From Spirogloea muscicola (taxonomy: Eukaryota): 64,000 bases of DNA. Where the stretch lies: assembly GCA_009602725.1 (NCBI GenBank), contig WELB01000010.1:86381-150380 (forward strand), given 5' to 3'. The notes under the pieces were generated by a model. It searched no databases and was not told the origin of the DNA. It saw nothing but the letters and a program-made list of their open reading frames with translations. Shown one piece after another: positions 48,901-61,442 of this stretch. A program made the translations under genes and the position numbers. How positions within the stretch are numbered: position 1 is the stretch's first letter; every line of letters starts with the position of its first letter.

Positions 48901-49290
48901 CCGCAGGCGCCCGGTTTAGGGTTCGGGCGAGGGTCTTAGGGTTTGCGTCTAGGCGGGCGCTAACGGCGGGGGGCCGTTCCGCGGAGGCTAAGCGTAACTC
49001 GCTCGTTGAATGATTTCAATCTGCGTAAAGTGGTGTGAGTTCCCGAACTGACACAGTGGCCTTTGATCAAGGCTCCAAATCATCAACCGGATGACACTAC
49101 GGGGAACATGCATCCGCTCCTCCAAGTACAAAGCGTACGGGCGCTCGGCCTCGCCGCACGTGTGCAGGCCGAGAGCGCGAAGCAGCTCGGCAGCCCCGCG
49201 GAAGCTTCGCCTGACGGCTGCTCGCGTCACGCCCCACAGCCGCCGCCACGTGGCCAAACCACCGAGCCCGGCTGGGCGCAAGCGGCAGCC

Positions 49291-49325
<35 letters not shown>

Positions 49326-49412
49326 ATTGTCGGCGGCACTTGCGGCGGAAGTGGCGTCGGCCCTTGCGGCAGCGGCATCTGCGACGGCGTTTGCTGCGGT
49401 GGCGCGGCCGGC

Positions 49413-51582
49413 ATGGCCCGCGCTTTGGATGACAACTACCTCGCCATCACCGCCATCGTGACGGTGGGCGGCCACCGCGCGAGGCCCCGGCAATGCGGCC
49501 CGCCGCCATCGCCGCCCTACTTGGCGACGCTGCCGTCGCCGGGTTCTGACCGCCGATTGCTGCGCCGGGCGCTGGTGGGCTCCAGGCGGCGTACCAGCTC
49601 CTCTTCTTTGCGGTCGCCGCGACCTTCAAGTTCGACAAGGTCACGGACTTCGCGGGTGCGGGCCGGCCGTCGCCGCCGCCGCCATAGCCGCCGCATTTTT
49701 CGCCGCCGAAGCCGCCGGCGACGGCGCTGCTCTCGCGTGCACTTCTCGGCCGATCACCGCAGCTTCTGAACGGGGGACGGCCCCATGCTCTGCCGCAGGC
49801 GGCTCCAACTTCGTCGTCCTCGCGCTTCTCACCGCCGTGCTCAAGGGCCAGTGGGCCGCCCGCCAGGTTGTTGACCCACAGCCAAGCGGCGGCGGCGGCG
49901 GCGGGAGCGGCGAAGAGGCCGTAGCGGCGATGGAGGACCAGAGCCGGCGCCGCAGCAGCTCCTGAGAGCCACTCCCTGATACACTCGCTCGCGGTGCAGG
50001 GTGTGCTGACGGCGCTCGTCGTCGTCTGGGGCCTGCGGCTCGCCATCTTCCTCCTCCTCAGGTCTGCCGCCACTGCGCACCGGCCGCCGAGCACCCGCCT
50101 GCGCGCCCCGGCCTTGCGAACCGATGCTCCGCCTTGTCGCTGATGCTCACATCCATCTCTGCATTGCTCCAGGTACCATAAGACTTTTCGTCGACACAGT
50201 CCTCAAGTCCTCACGAAATAGACTATACTTCACATGGATTATTCATTCTCCAGGTCGCCAAGTCTGTCTAGTTTAGGTTACATCGCAGAGAGGCTGCTGC
50301 AGGTTGTGGTGAGGCCAACAGCGGCCCCTCCTTTGGCGGTGTCTGAAGCAGGATCCTGGCGTGGGGCAAGGACACCCGCTTCGACGACAAGCGCGACAAC
50401 CTCGTGGCCTTTGCAGGCTTCTGGCTCTTCCAGGCGGTGTGGGTGTGGACCGTCAGCCTGCCAGTCACGGTGGTGAACGCGACCACGCGCAACCCCTCTC
50501 TCGGCGCGGCGGACGCCGTCGGCTGGGCCATGTTCGCCATCGGCCTGGTCATGGAGGCCACCGCTGACCAGCAGAAGCTGGCGTTCAAGCGGGACCCTAC
50601 CAAGAAGGGCCTGTGGTGTGATGCTGGCATCTGGCACTTCTCCCGCCACCCCAACTACTTTGGCGAGGTGACGGCACAACGAGCGCTGCTATTACAGCCC
50701 AGAGCTTCTCCATGTCTATTCCGCCCAAGATGCATGCATACATGCAGCTCGAGCTCCATGCAGTGAGGCTGCCTTGCACGATGCAATAGTGACGATCCGC
50801 TGCCAGTGCCGCAGATCCTGCTCTGGTGGGGAGTCTTTGTGGCGAGCACGCCGGTCCTGCGGGGCGGCCAGTGGGCCGTCATCTGTGGCCCCCTCTTCAC
50901 CACATCCATCCTTCTCTTCCTCAGCGGCATACCGATGCTTGAGGTGAAGTGCACTTGGCACCATGGGCACAATGTACAAGCAGGATGCTCAGGTCTTGGT
51001 TGAAATCAGGCCTGCAAAAATGGCAGCCGATGTGCAGGCACCGTTCTCGCCAATCTTCATGTCACACCCAGCCTACAGGGGAGCAGGGGACACTGAACAA
51101 CGTGTGTGGGGACCTCTGATTGTTGGCCGCAGGCATCAGCTGACAAGCGCCACGGTGCAAATCCTGCCTACCGCCAGTACAAAGCATCAACCAGGTGATG
51201 TCTGAGCACCATGCTGACATGCAACTAAGACATAGCAATCATCAACAATGTCAGACCATGAAGAATGCAATCTATTGAGCTCCGCCTTTCACTGGAAAAC
51301 GCGAGGCCATAGTGATGGTGTCATACATAGTTAAATGTCGGCCCTGCAGATGCACGGCAAAGGCAGTGAATATGACTCCTTGCACTCAGTCTCAACTGCT
51401 CACTGATCGTGTGGTCCCAATCGTGGTTCCTGTACAGCCCCCTCCTACCATTGCCCCCTTCCTTCTATAAACGACTTCCTGACAAGTTAAAAGCAGCACT
51501 CTTTCTGGAACTCCCCTTCTACAATTCGCACCTCGCTGAGGGCCAAAAGCAGCTCTGCCCGGCCACAGAGACAGAAACATGA
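49413..51582 (+). CDS. DUF1295 / steroid 5-alpha-reductase-like membrane protein
   Basis: [95 protein letters not shown] and LSGIPMLE. Confidence 0.92.
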
Positions 51583-52427
51583 AGGCAAAGGAGGGCGAGT
51601 GGGGTGATGGTGCATAGACATCACAGCTTAAACTTGGACCTAGACGTGTTGAGGGGCTTGTGGGGAGGTCTGAGCGTTAACTTACTCAAGACATGAAGTT
51701 TTAGGAAAGGAAGGGCTATGTAATTTATTGCTCAGCCTTTTTTTACATTGATGTAACATGGACATCAAAATGCTTTGGCTCTACATTGACATGTATTCAG
51801 CAAGCATGACATGTATTTAGCAAGCATGTACAGTCAAGGCGATGTGAGTCTACAAGTTCAAACAACTCCTTGACAGCATTCAAAGTACAAAATTTTAATG
51901 GTGCCTTGTTTATCGCAGAAGTGATCACCTACTTAAGCAGTGGTCATGTAAACTATATTGAAGTAAGCATCACATATCGAGCATGTTTGAGCAGCATAGA
52001 TCATTCTTCGAATCTCTCCTTAAAAAAGTGGCTGCTGCTACTCTTCATTACTGACTGCTATGACTTTTACCAAAGACATGCTACTGGTGATGAATTAGAG
52101 GTCTCAACATGTAGGCGGGCAAAGACAACTTATGCCTGCTTGCACAGCACCGACACCTTGCAAACGAAGTGTATCTTACAGCTTCCAAATCTGCAACCCA
52201 ATCCGTTGCTTTTGCAAGACAGGGTGTTGCATGCAACTGTATGGTTCAATACATCAGCAGATGGCTGGGCTGCCACAATGTTGCTCATCTCAAGAGTGGC
52301 AGCTTGACAAGCCACAATGCCAATCATAGTTACATACAAGAGAGGCTGAGAGCCTCATCCTGGGCTAACAGCAACAATCATGCCTGCACAGGACAACAGC
52401 GCAGTGCACTGAAAATTTCGCAGAACC

Positions 52428-55398
52428 CTAGTAAGAGGGTTGCCAGGTAGTTGTATGCATTACAGGAAAGTTGTTCAGGTGGAGCATGAGAGCCCCATTG
52501 CGCTCCTCTACAGCGCATTTTCCATATGCCTCTGTCACAACCTTGACTTCCTTGATGTCTTTTGCCTTAAAAAGTCTGCAATAACACCATGATATGCTCC
52601 AAGAATCAGCGCAATTATGCAGATTGCTTGTACATTAAGACAGCCAACTGCGGTGAAACTAAGGGAAGTCTATACACGTTGACATCCTTGTGTACATCCT
52701 GCACAACATCAATTGAACGCAAAGACGGCTACCACAACTTCCACCATTTGTGTGAAGTGACGAATCAGTGATGGTGTTGCGGAACACGACTCACCTGCTT
52801 GAAAATCCGGCTTCCCGGAAGCGCAACTGCCACTTGGGCAGGTACTCAGTCCTCCTTGTGCGTTGCAAGCCCTCACAGGCAACGATGTTCATAATGTCAC
52901 TGCCAAGGTAGTCCCTCTCAAAAATCAGCCGATCTTCGCTGTTCCGAGGTATGTATGTATCTACAGCAGTCATGGCTGTATGGTATGTGTCCAGAGTCTG
53001 CATTGCAGAAAGTGACATCGTTTTGAGCCCCTGTACTGCGAACTTTGATGCAGTGACAAGACACTTCGTTGCCCACTCTGTCCAGAATGTAGACATTAGC
53101 TCAATCAAGGCCATTTGGGAGGGAGACAATCACACTATGCAACACTCTTGACAGACGTCGTTGTATTCCGTAGAAGACCTTCTAATTACTGGACTCAAGG
53201 CTCTACAACGATGCAGAGCAACACATGATGAGCTGCAAAGCGCTACCCAGTCATGTAACTGAAGGGCTAGATCGAGTAGAGGAGGTACCATGCAATACTT
53301 GAGCTAGCAGGCACTACAAGTATGTACAACACAAGCCTCTACAAATGAGAAAGAGACAAGACTGCACACCTGCTTAAACCGCTGCAAGAAGAACGGGTTG
53401 TTGCCATTGGCATGCTTCTCAACCAACACCACGACTGCAGGGTTCAGTCGTCGGATCATCCTCAGGACTCTATCCCTCGGATTGGACCGCAACACGAATT
53501 CATCTACCAAGGTGTGCAAGCGCATCACAGCGCTCACAGCAAGTGCTTCCCCCTCGTCAAGAAGCAAATCTGCTGCAGTCATCTGCTCCAGATCGCAATC
53601 CACGAAGTTATAACTGAAGCGCATCCCCAGTGAGTCTGCCAACTGGCAATATTGCTTATCAGGCTCCACAACTGGAAGAGGTCGAGGGCATCCCTTATAT
53701 GACTCCTTGCCAAAGGAGAGGCAGGTGATCCGCAACTCTGGCGGCCCTTGCGGCCGAGCTGCCAGCGCTCTGATAAGCGCCTCCCACTGGCCTCCCTGCA
53801 TAGGCCAAGGAAAGAAGAGTCGCGCGAGTCAGCAGCTGTTAGTCGCACCAGACAAGAAGAACAGAAGGCACACCATTCAGTGGACCACAAGCTTGCTTGT
53901 CTGTCAATGGCACAGATCAGAATCACAGGCGGGGTAGACTCTGCATGGTACAACAACGAATACTAGAGCACGTACTTGCCAAGAACCCATGTCAAGAATG
54001 TGTATTCTGTCTCTGTTCATGACGGCATCCAGGATGGCCACGGTCGCAGACATGTGACTAAACTTGAAGAATGGCATTTGATCACAGACGTTGATGGACA
54101 TGGTGGGCGTCAACTGAGCAGGTCACACAGGAGGTCAACAAATAACACGTCAGCCCAGCTGTGCAAGTCCTGATGTGACTGCGCTGCACCTTAAAGCTAT
54201 GATGCAAGCAGCAGGGAGCGAGCTGGCATAGCAGCTGTCTGCATCTGCAGAAAATGAGGGCAAGTACGCAAGATGTACCCCAGCCACACACATTAACAAA
54301 GAACCTCTCTAGGTGTACAGCAAAGTGAGACAGAGTATGACCCCAATGTGCACTGTAAGCCACTGCTCCTTGCAGCTGCTCAATGCCAAGGTATGGAAGA
54401 GACTGGGCAAGCATGAGGGTTCCTCTGGCTACCTTAGCCTTTACTATTTGCTGGCTGCTGTGTGCAGGGCTTTCTCCTTGCATGCGCGCCTGGAGCGCTT
54501 CCATAAACAAGTACGCTGTCCGCTGCATGACATCCCCTAGCGGCTTTGCATTCTTCTTCAGCAGGCCAAGTAGGAAACGCGAGCGCTGGAGGTCATCCGT
54601 GGCGATGGCTTCAGCGAAGGCCACCAGATGGTTCCTGAGCAGCGCACTTGAGGCCTTGGTCTGCTTGTCCACGGCCAGGCCATCAACGGACGCCAGGGAC
54701 AGAGGCCTGTCAATGTAGAACGGGTCCTGCGACAGTGTGGGCTTCCAGGGGCTTAAGCCGGTCCAGGCGGGGGGACTGATGCCATAGGACGCCAGTGGCA
54801 CGATGGCGTCCATCGAGAGACCCCCCTTCGCAGCACCTTGAGGTTGGGGGAAGAAGCTGTCTGACTCGTCATTCTCGAATGACATGCCTGCATCGGCGGC
54901 ACTTGGGAACTTGCGTTTGGCGGGGCCGGTCTTGGCTGGCAGATTGCAAGACAGCTGCGCCGCCGCAAGCGGCACGTTGTCCGAGCTGGAGTCGGAGGAC
55001 GTGGACGAGCATGGCTTGCTCTTGTCCTCCACCTGATCGAGCTCCTCGAGCATGGGCGCGAGGTCAAGCTGCCACCAGAGCGGGTCCCGCTTCTCCTCCA
55101 CCACGTCCATGACTGCTGCCGGCTCCGTGGATATGACGGAGTCGATCCAGGCCGTCGTCTGCAGCTCGTCAAACAGCGGGTCCGGCGCTCCGGCTGACAA
55201 GAGACCATCGCCAAAGCTCCTCGAGTCGTCGAGGAGAGACCGCTTGAGGGGCGGCGCAACGTCCTCGAGCACGGCGCTGCCGGCGGCGCCGCAGCGCTTT
55301 CTCAGGGCCACGCCCTCGAAGCTCGGGAGGGCCGCCTCCGGCGCGGACGTCTCCCACGCCGAGACATTGCTGCAGGGCCGGCTGTCAATCATCGCCAT
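52428..55398 (-). CDS. GRAS-family transcription regulator (5 exons)
   Basis: LHR1 (LLRNHLVAFAEAI...GDVMQRTAYLFMEALQARM), VHIID region (PFFKFSHMSATVAILDAV...RIHILDMG, QWEALIRALAARPQGPPELRIT), PFYRE (IRRLNPAVVVLVE...FLQRF), and IMNIVACEG..R..R.E...W..RFREAGF. The SAW motif appears as TTW. Confidence 0.92.
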
Positions 55399-57908
55399 GG
55401 CAGATGGAGTCTTATGGCGCCACAGCAGCTGCTGCCGCTGCAGCAGCCGCCGCGAGCCGCGGCGAGGGAGGCGGGCGGTCGGACGCCGCGGGGGCAGGCA
55501 GCGACTGCCGTTGGTGCTGGCGGCGGCGGCGGCGTCGGCGACAGCTGGCAGGCATTCGCGGGGGGCGGGGGGAGGTCGAGGGGCGGGCTATGGCGGACGT
55601 GAGCGTGGTGGAATGGGGAATAGGGAAGGGGGAATGGCGGGTCGCGGCGTTTCACTAGACAAGGTGGAAAGGGGGGGGGGGGGAGTGGCCGCCCCTCCCT
55701 CCCCACGTACAACACCGGCTCATCTGCTGCGCCCCTCGCCCCGAGGAGAGGGGGGCGAAGGTGGGCGGCGGCTGCCGCTGCGAGCCCCTCCGGGAGAGTA
55801 CCATCTTCCGCCGGGGCGGACGGCGAGAGCTGCGCCCTCGCTGCTGAAACGTGACCGCGACGAATCCCCACCTCCCCAATTTCCGTCGTCAAATGCCTCC
55901 CTCATACCCCCCCCCCCCCCCGCCTGCTTCACTGCTTCTACCACTCACTACCTGCTGCCAGGGAGGCCGAGCTCGTTGAATTGGCGGCCGTGGCGCGCAC
56001 GCCACTGAGAGGAAACGCAAGCGCATCTAATGATGGCATGTGTGAAGCCCCCAACAATTGCAGCACCGTTGGGCGCCACTTTGTCGCGCATCCTGGAACC
56101 CTAGCGCCTGCGCGGAAGCAGCACAGGGACGCGCCCGCCCCCGGGTGCAACCTCCCCCTGACGTGAGAGTGCCCCATAAGCCCCACCCGCAGGCCGCTCC
56201 GGGGGGGCCACCACCTTTGGTCCCGCCGTTGGACCGCCACGCCGTCCAGACGAGAGCCACCAATGAAGGCCGCCCGTCATCCGGGCTGCAACGGCGCCCA
56301 CGGAGCCGGACAGGTGGCCGGCGGAGTGGGCGCAAGAGCAGTCGGCGCTGGCGGGCTGTCACGCCACCTCGTGGCCGCCACGCCCGACCCGCGACAACGT
56401 TCCCCGAGCGTGTCGCCCCAAATCTGGCCTCCCATCCAGTCCCCCGTCGCCGTCAATCTGCCCACCCTGTGGCTCCGACGACGTAGTCATAAAAGCCATC
56501 TGCATGCACCTAAGCTGGCTTGTACAGCCCCAATTTTGGTATCAGCAGCCGCATTCATCTCACCCATGCCCCCCCCCCCCCCCGCCCCACGCGCGGCCTA
56601 GTCCAAGAAAAACATGTGGAGTCCAAGGTGGGGGCCCAGGGCCGCTGGCCCCCACCACCTTCCGGCGCCGGCCGGGCCCCCAAGCTCGCCCCAGCTCCCG
56701 GAAGCACCTCGCCCAGCTCCACCCCCATTCCCTTCTGCTTCCTGCGGACTCGGTCGGGCTGGCCAGCGACAGCGTCGGACTCCTGGACTTCGGGGTCCCT
56801 TCCTGTCGAGCGCCTGGTTGCAGCTGTGCGGGGGTGCCCAGCAGGAAATGTGCCTCTCGCAACGATCGGCCAGCCCGGAATTGAGCTCATCCAACGGGGG
56901 CGAGGGTGGTTAAATGGCAGCCCGAACAGAATGGACAACATGTCAGGCGCCGGAAAGCGAATGAAGCTCGAACGAAAGAGGCAATTGCCATTAAGAGTCA
57001 ACGTTAGAAACTTTAAGGTCGAGAAGAAGCCCAAAGGGATAGCGCCCCATGAATCAGCGAAAGAACTGACTACCGTGGATGGCACTCAGCAACCCGTAGT
57101 CACAAGACGCAACGAGGTAATAGCTGAGAAGATTCACCCTGCAGAGAAGAATGTAATTACTCTCTATAAATCTGGGGCCGAGGCAATGACCCTCGTCTAC
57201 TTGGAGATGCAACCTGTGCCATCCGGGCTGGCCTGCGCGTCCACATTGCAGGCCTTGCCATGCTTGTCAACGGACATGGTTCACGTGTTGCCAGTGAGGA
57301 CCATCATCCAAGAAAAGCATGCTCTCATTTAAGCGTAATGGCCTCCATAGTCAGCTTGACGGCCCCCTCTGTTGAAACTCAATGACTTGGACAGCTTAAG
57401 CAAATCTGTCAGCAGATCTCTCATGCTCCTCATTTCTATCCAGCTTTGGCAAAGCACATCACGCATCACAGCCGTACACTCTTGCTGCCATATTCGACAC
57501 TCCATCTTGCATCCCTTGCACCAGATGCCTGCGCTGCTCAGTGCAGGCATTGCAAGCCACGCAGCAAGTCTTGGGAATCTCCCACTGATTGTTTGTGTCA
57601 AAGATTGTTGCCGCATATTGAAGTCGCCCTGCGGGATGTAAAAGACGTACACGGATCTATGCAGATTATACAGCAAACATGTACCATCTATGCCTCTCTA
57701 AGACAGGATTTGTGCTATCCACTATGGTCAGTTTGACACAGGTAACTGTCAAGAATCTATACATAAACACCTGACACGATTGCCTAAATACCAGCAACCT
57801 CAGAAGTGGCGACAAGCACGTCTACAGCGAAGGCCTCTTCCAGTAGAGGGCGATGGCTGTGATAGGCCAGGCCACAGCGATTAAATAAATGGCAATTCAT
57901 CCTGTACA

Positions 57909-60382
57909 TTACAGTTTCGAGTCAAGGGTAGCTCTTGATTTACTAGGATTTGAGCTGCTGACTGCCTTTTCTAGCCCTTCTTCCATAATCATTCTCAATA
58001 CACTAACGCCGCGCTCCACAGATAAGTTGACCTGGAAGTCAAGGACAAGTGGATACTCAGCACAACAGGACTTCACAGAGTAGTCTGTCAAGTAGCCACT
58101 GGCTTGCCTTCTGATCAGATCAGAAAGGCAGCAAGCAGCTTGTCAAATGACAGGGCTGCTGCTTTAATTACTTCTGGTGCCACAAGCAGGCCTTTGCATT
58201 GGCAGGAAACACTCCATGGCTGGTGCACTAACCAATTCTCTACTGGTCTTATCAAACTTCTGTAGCACGTATGCAGCCGCCTCCATGCTTCCTGGAGGCC
58301 TCCCGATCCCTGTAAATGAATGCAGCATACAATTTCATTTTTCACATTGGCAAATTCTGGCTGCCAGAGACTTTAAGTAAGCTTGTTGAGCATCGGCGCG
58401 CAAGATGCTCACCTATTCGTATTCTTGGAAAGTCCTTGCTGGACTTCAGGTGCTGAATTATACTCCTCATCCTGCACACCAGATCAGGAGCAGCTAGGTG
58501 GAAATTAGAGACATGGGCTTCAGATTGCCTGCGGAACCTGCGTGCAGATGGTTATCATGCTAGAGCATGGTAGGCAGACTCTGTAATACACCACTTTCTG
58601 TCAAGCAGATCACGAACATCCCTGCCCAGATCCAGCCATGAGTTGGACCCTACATAGCCCCCATTGCCAAGCACCTCGTTGCAGATTCCAGCTGAGTTTA
58701 ATGATCTTCCACCCAAGCTTATCACAGACACTCATTCTCAGGCCTTCAAATTGCTCCGAGCTTCAACTGCTCGACTTCTGAACTTGGAGTAATCTCATCC
58801 ACTACAGTATTCTTCCATAGTTGTGGTGCATGGCCTCCACTGGGATGTATGAAAATTCTCACCCATTGTGGCCACCATGGCCGCCCTTTGGCAGGAGCTT
58901 CAGTGTGCCCGTCGCTAGGTCCAGATCGTCATACATCTGTACAAGTCAAAGAAGACAGGTAATTGCATTGGGCTAACACCTGAGGACAAATACAATCCTC
59001 TTGTGAAGCAATTATGAAGCATACACCTGATGTCAGGAAGCTTGACTTGCTCAACTCACCACCAAGACTCGCTGTGTCGGAATCTTGAAGTAAGAGGCAA
59101 GAGGTGCCACCTGGCAGCAAAATGGCGTGCCAAGCTTCAGACTAGCACTCAGCTCTCTGAGACTAGCCTGTTTAAGTTCGTCATGTCCAGCTGTCCGCGT
59201 AAGTCCTATCAACCAGCAAACAAGGGACTTCTCTCTGACACTAGCAGCATGTCACAGCATGGAGGATGCAGGGGATGCTGCTGACAAAAAAAAAAGTTCG
59301 TTTTGTTAACATTTCTTGAGAGATATCTGCATGTATGCTCCCAATGCAGCACCTTCTCCTCAAAATGATAGCTAAAGAATCATTTCTACAGACCGCGGCA
59401 AACAATGCCAGGAGCCAAGTCGGGGCACTCGTACCGACTCTCCACTAAGATTCATGTACGTCTGGGGCTTGGCCAGCAGCACCGGCGTCCCACAGATGCG
59501 GCCTGCACCGGCCAGCTACACAGCCCAGCTACACAGGTGAAGAGAACACATGCAGAGCCCTGAGCCCATTAAATCCCAGGATCGTGAAAAAGGATCTGAC
59601 AGGATACACATTGTCAGTACGGCAGGTGCACAAAGAGTGCACAGAAGGTCACAGTGGCACCAAAGTCTGCACAAGTGCTCAACACCGGCTCCACTGCAGG
59701 TTGCAGGGGTTCGGTGCTGGGGGCTCACGCACCCTTCCCAATCAGCGCTCGGCTCTGAACTGCACTCAAGCTGATGCCCTCGGCACGCGCAATCGCGTCC
59801 ACCATCTCGTAACCGACCTGCCGATGCATCAGCCGCAAGCAAGGGCAGTTTTAAGTGCCGGCACGGCGACACTGCCAGCAGCATGGAGCACAGTCCCTCA
59901 GCACTTGGGATCCCGCTCGCGAAGCTCAATCGCAGTCATAACGAGGTCTTGTTGATTGCGTCGCAGTCAGTAAGACCAAGAGTGGCCTGGAGCGAGGAGC
60001 ATGCCAGGCTAAGCCTTGATGGAGGGTTGCCAGGCCCTGACTGCCGCCGGCGCGGGGGCGGGCATGCCTTCCTAGGCCCTGGACATGGAGCCCTGTGACG
60101 ACTAGGCTCGTCTGCGGGTGCGGCGCGGGAGGCGGCAGGGGCCCACGTTGTGGCGCGTGCCGTCGAACTTGGCGCCGGGGTTGCCGAGGCCCACCAGCAG
60201 CCACGGCCCGGAGGCAGCGGCGCCGCCCGGCGGCGGCGCTAGTGGCGAGCCGCCGCCTCCGCCGCCNCGGCGGCGGCGCCGGCGGCGCCCGGCGGCGGCG
60301 AAAAAAAAAAGCGGCAACGGGCGCCGCGGCCGCCGCCGCCGCGCAGCAGCAGCGCCGGGGCGGCGGTCGCGGCCGCCGCCAT
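57909..60382 (-). CDS. Peptidyl-tRNA hydrolase (Pth/CRS2 family), organellar
   Basis: [51 protein letters not shown]...KGGHGGHNG, FPRIRIG-IGRPP and YVLQKF. The transit-peptide frame is broken at the N near 60267. Confidence 0.93.
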
Positions 60383-60499
60383 CGCGGCGAGGGGGGGCAA
60401 GTTGGTGTGCTTAAACCCTGAGCCCTAGGTGGTCGCCGATCCGCCGTCAGAGCCCGCGATGCCGTTGCCAGCCACCCCGTCATTTCGTTAGAGTGTGTA

Positions 60500-60850
60500 G
60501 TGTGAGTGTACCCTCTCTATTGGGCTGGCCTCTAACAGCCATTGATTGTCTTACGTTGAGAGAGCTGTAACCTTGTGGGCTAAGCCTTGTTCGTTCCTTC
60601 TGGGCTGGCTTGCCGAAAGAAAGTGCTCGCCCATGAGGGACTGGCAAAGCCAGCCCAAGAAGAATGGACAATGTCCAACGCCAAAGGAAGAGGTGCCGAA
60701 AAGGGACTACACTACAAACCACGGCAAAAAACACACGACGATGCAAAGGGAAGCTCAGTACCCGCGAGTGAGCAACATCAGGTCGAAATCGCTGGCTGCA
60801 GGGAACGAGGCACTCCACCGAGCCTGTCACGGCCACTACCCTGCATTGGT
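60500..60850. mobile_element. CRE-like 3'-end fragments between the divergent PTH and ankyrin genes
   Basis: Minus strand has ...TTGCTCACTCGCGGGTACTGA (LLTRGY*) followed by a type B-like UTR ending GGGCGAGCACTTTCTTTC. Confidence 0.7.
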
Positions 60851-61442
60851 TGAGCTGTTTCACAGCCCTCGCCGCTTCGGAAAAGCTGCTGACTCTGATG
60901 CCAGACGTTGTGTCGGGGTGGAAGTTGTCATAAGGATACTGTTGTTCTCAAAGCCTCAGACATGCATGCCCACTACACACCATCCACGACAACAGGCCGC
61001 GGCGAGCGCAGCCCACGTGACAGCCGGCGTCAAACATGAGCGCAGCCAGAGCCAGGACACATTGCTGTCGACAGCGGCAGGGGTGGCTGTGACTGGACCC
61101 TTGCCCACATTGGTTTTGCGCCAAGTGCTGCGCATCTGGGAGGGCCATGAGCCTAAGCGGATGTGTGGGTTGCTGAACTCCACGTTTGTGTTCAAGAGCT
61201 CGCCATCGTCATCAGGCGCATGGACGGCGCTGACTTCAAGCAGGGTCGCAGCGCAGGCCCAACAGCCCCCTGCTGGATGCGAATGGGTTGCTGCTGCTAG
61301 ACTTGCACGAGGGCCAGCAGCTCTCGCACCGAAAGCTCGACGCACCTGCGGCTGGCCAGTGCAGCTAAAGCGGCATCAGTTTGGCTTCCACGACACCGTC
61401 GCCCCGAGCCCAGGGTCTGCCCAGTACGCCGCCAGCGTCCCA

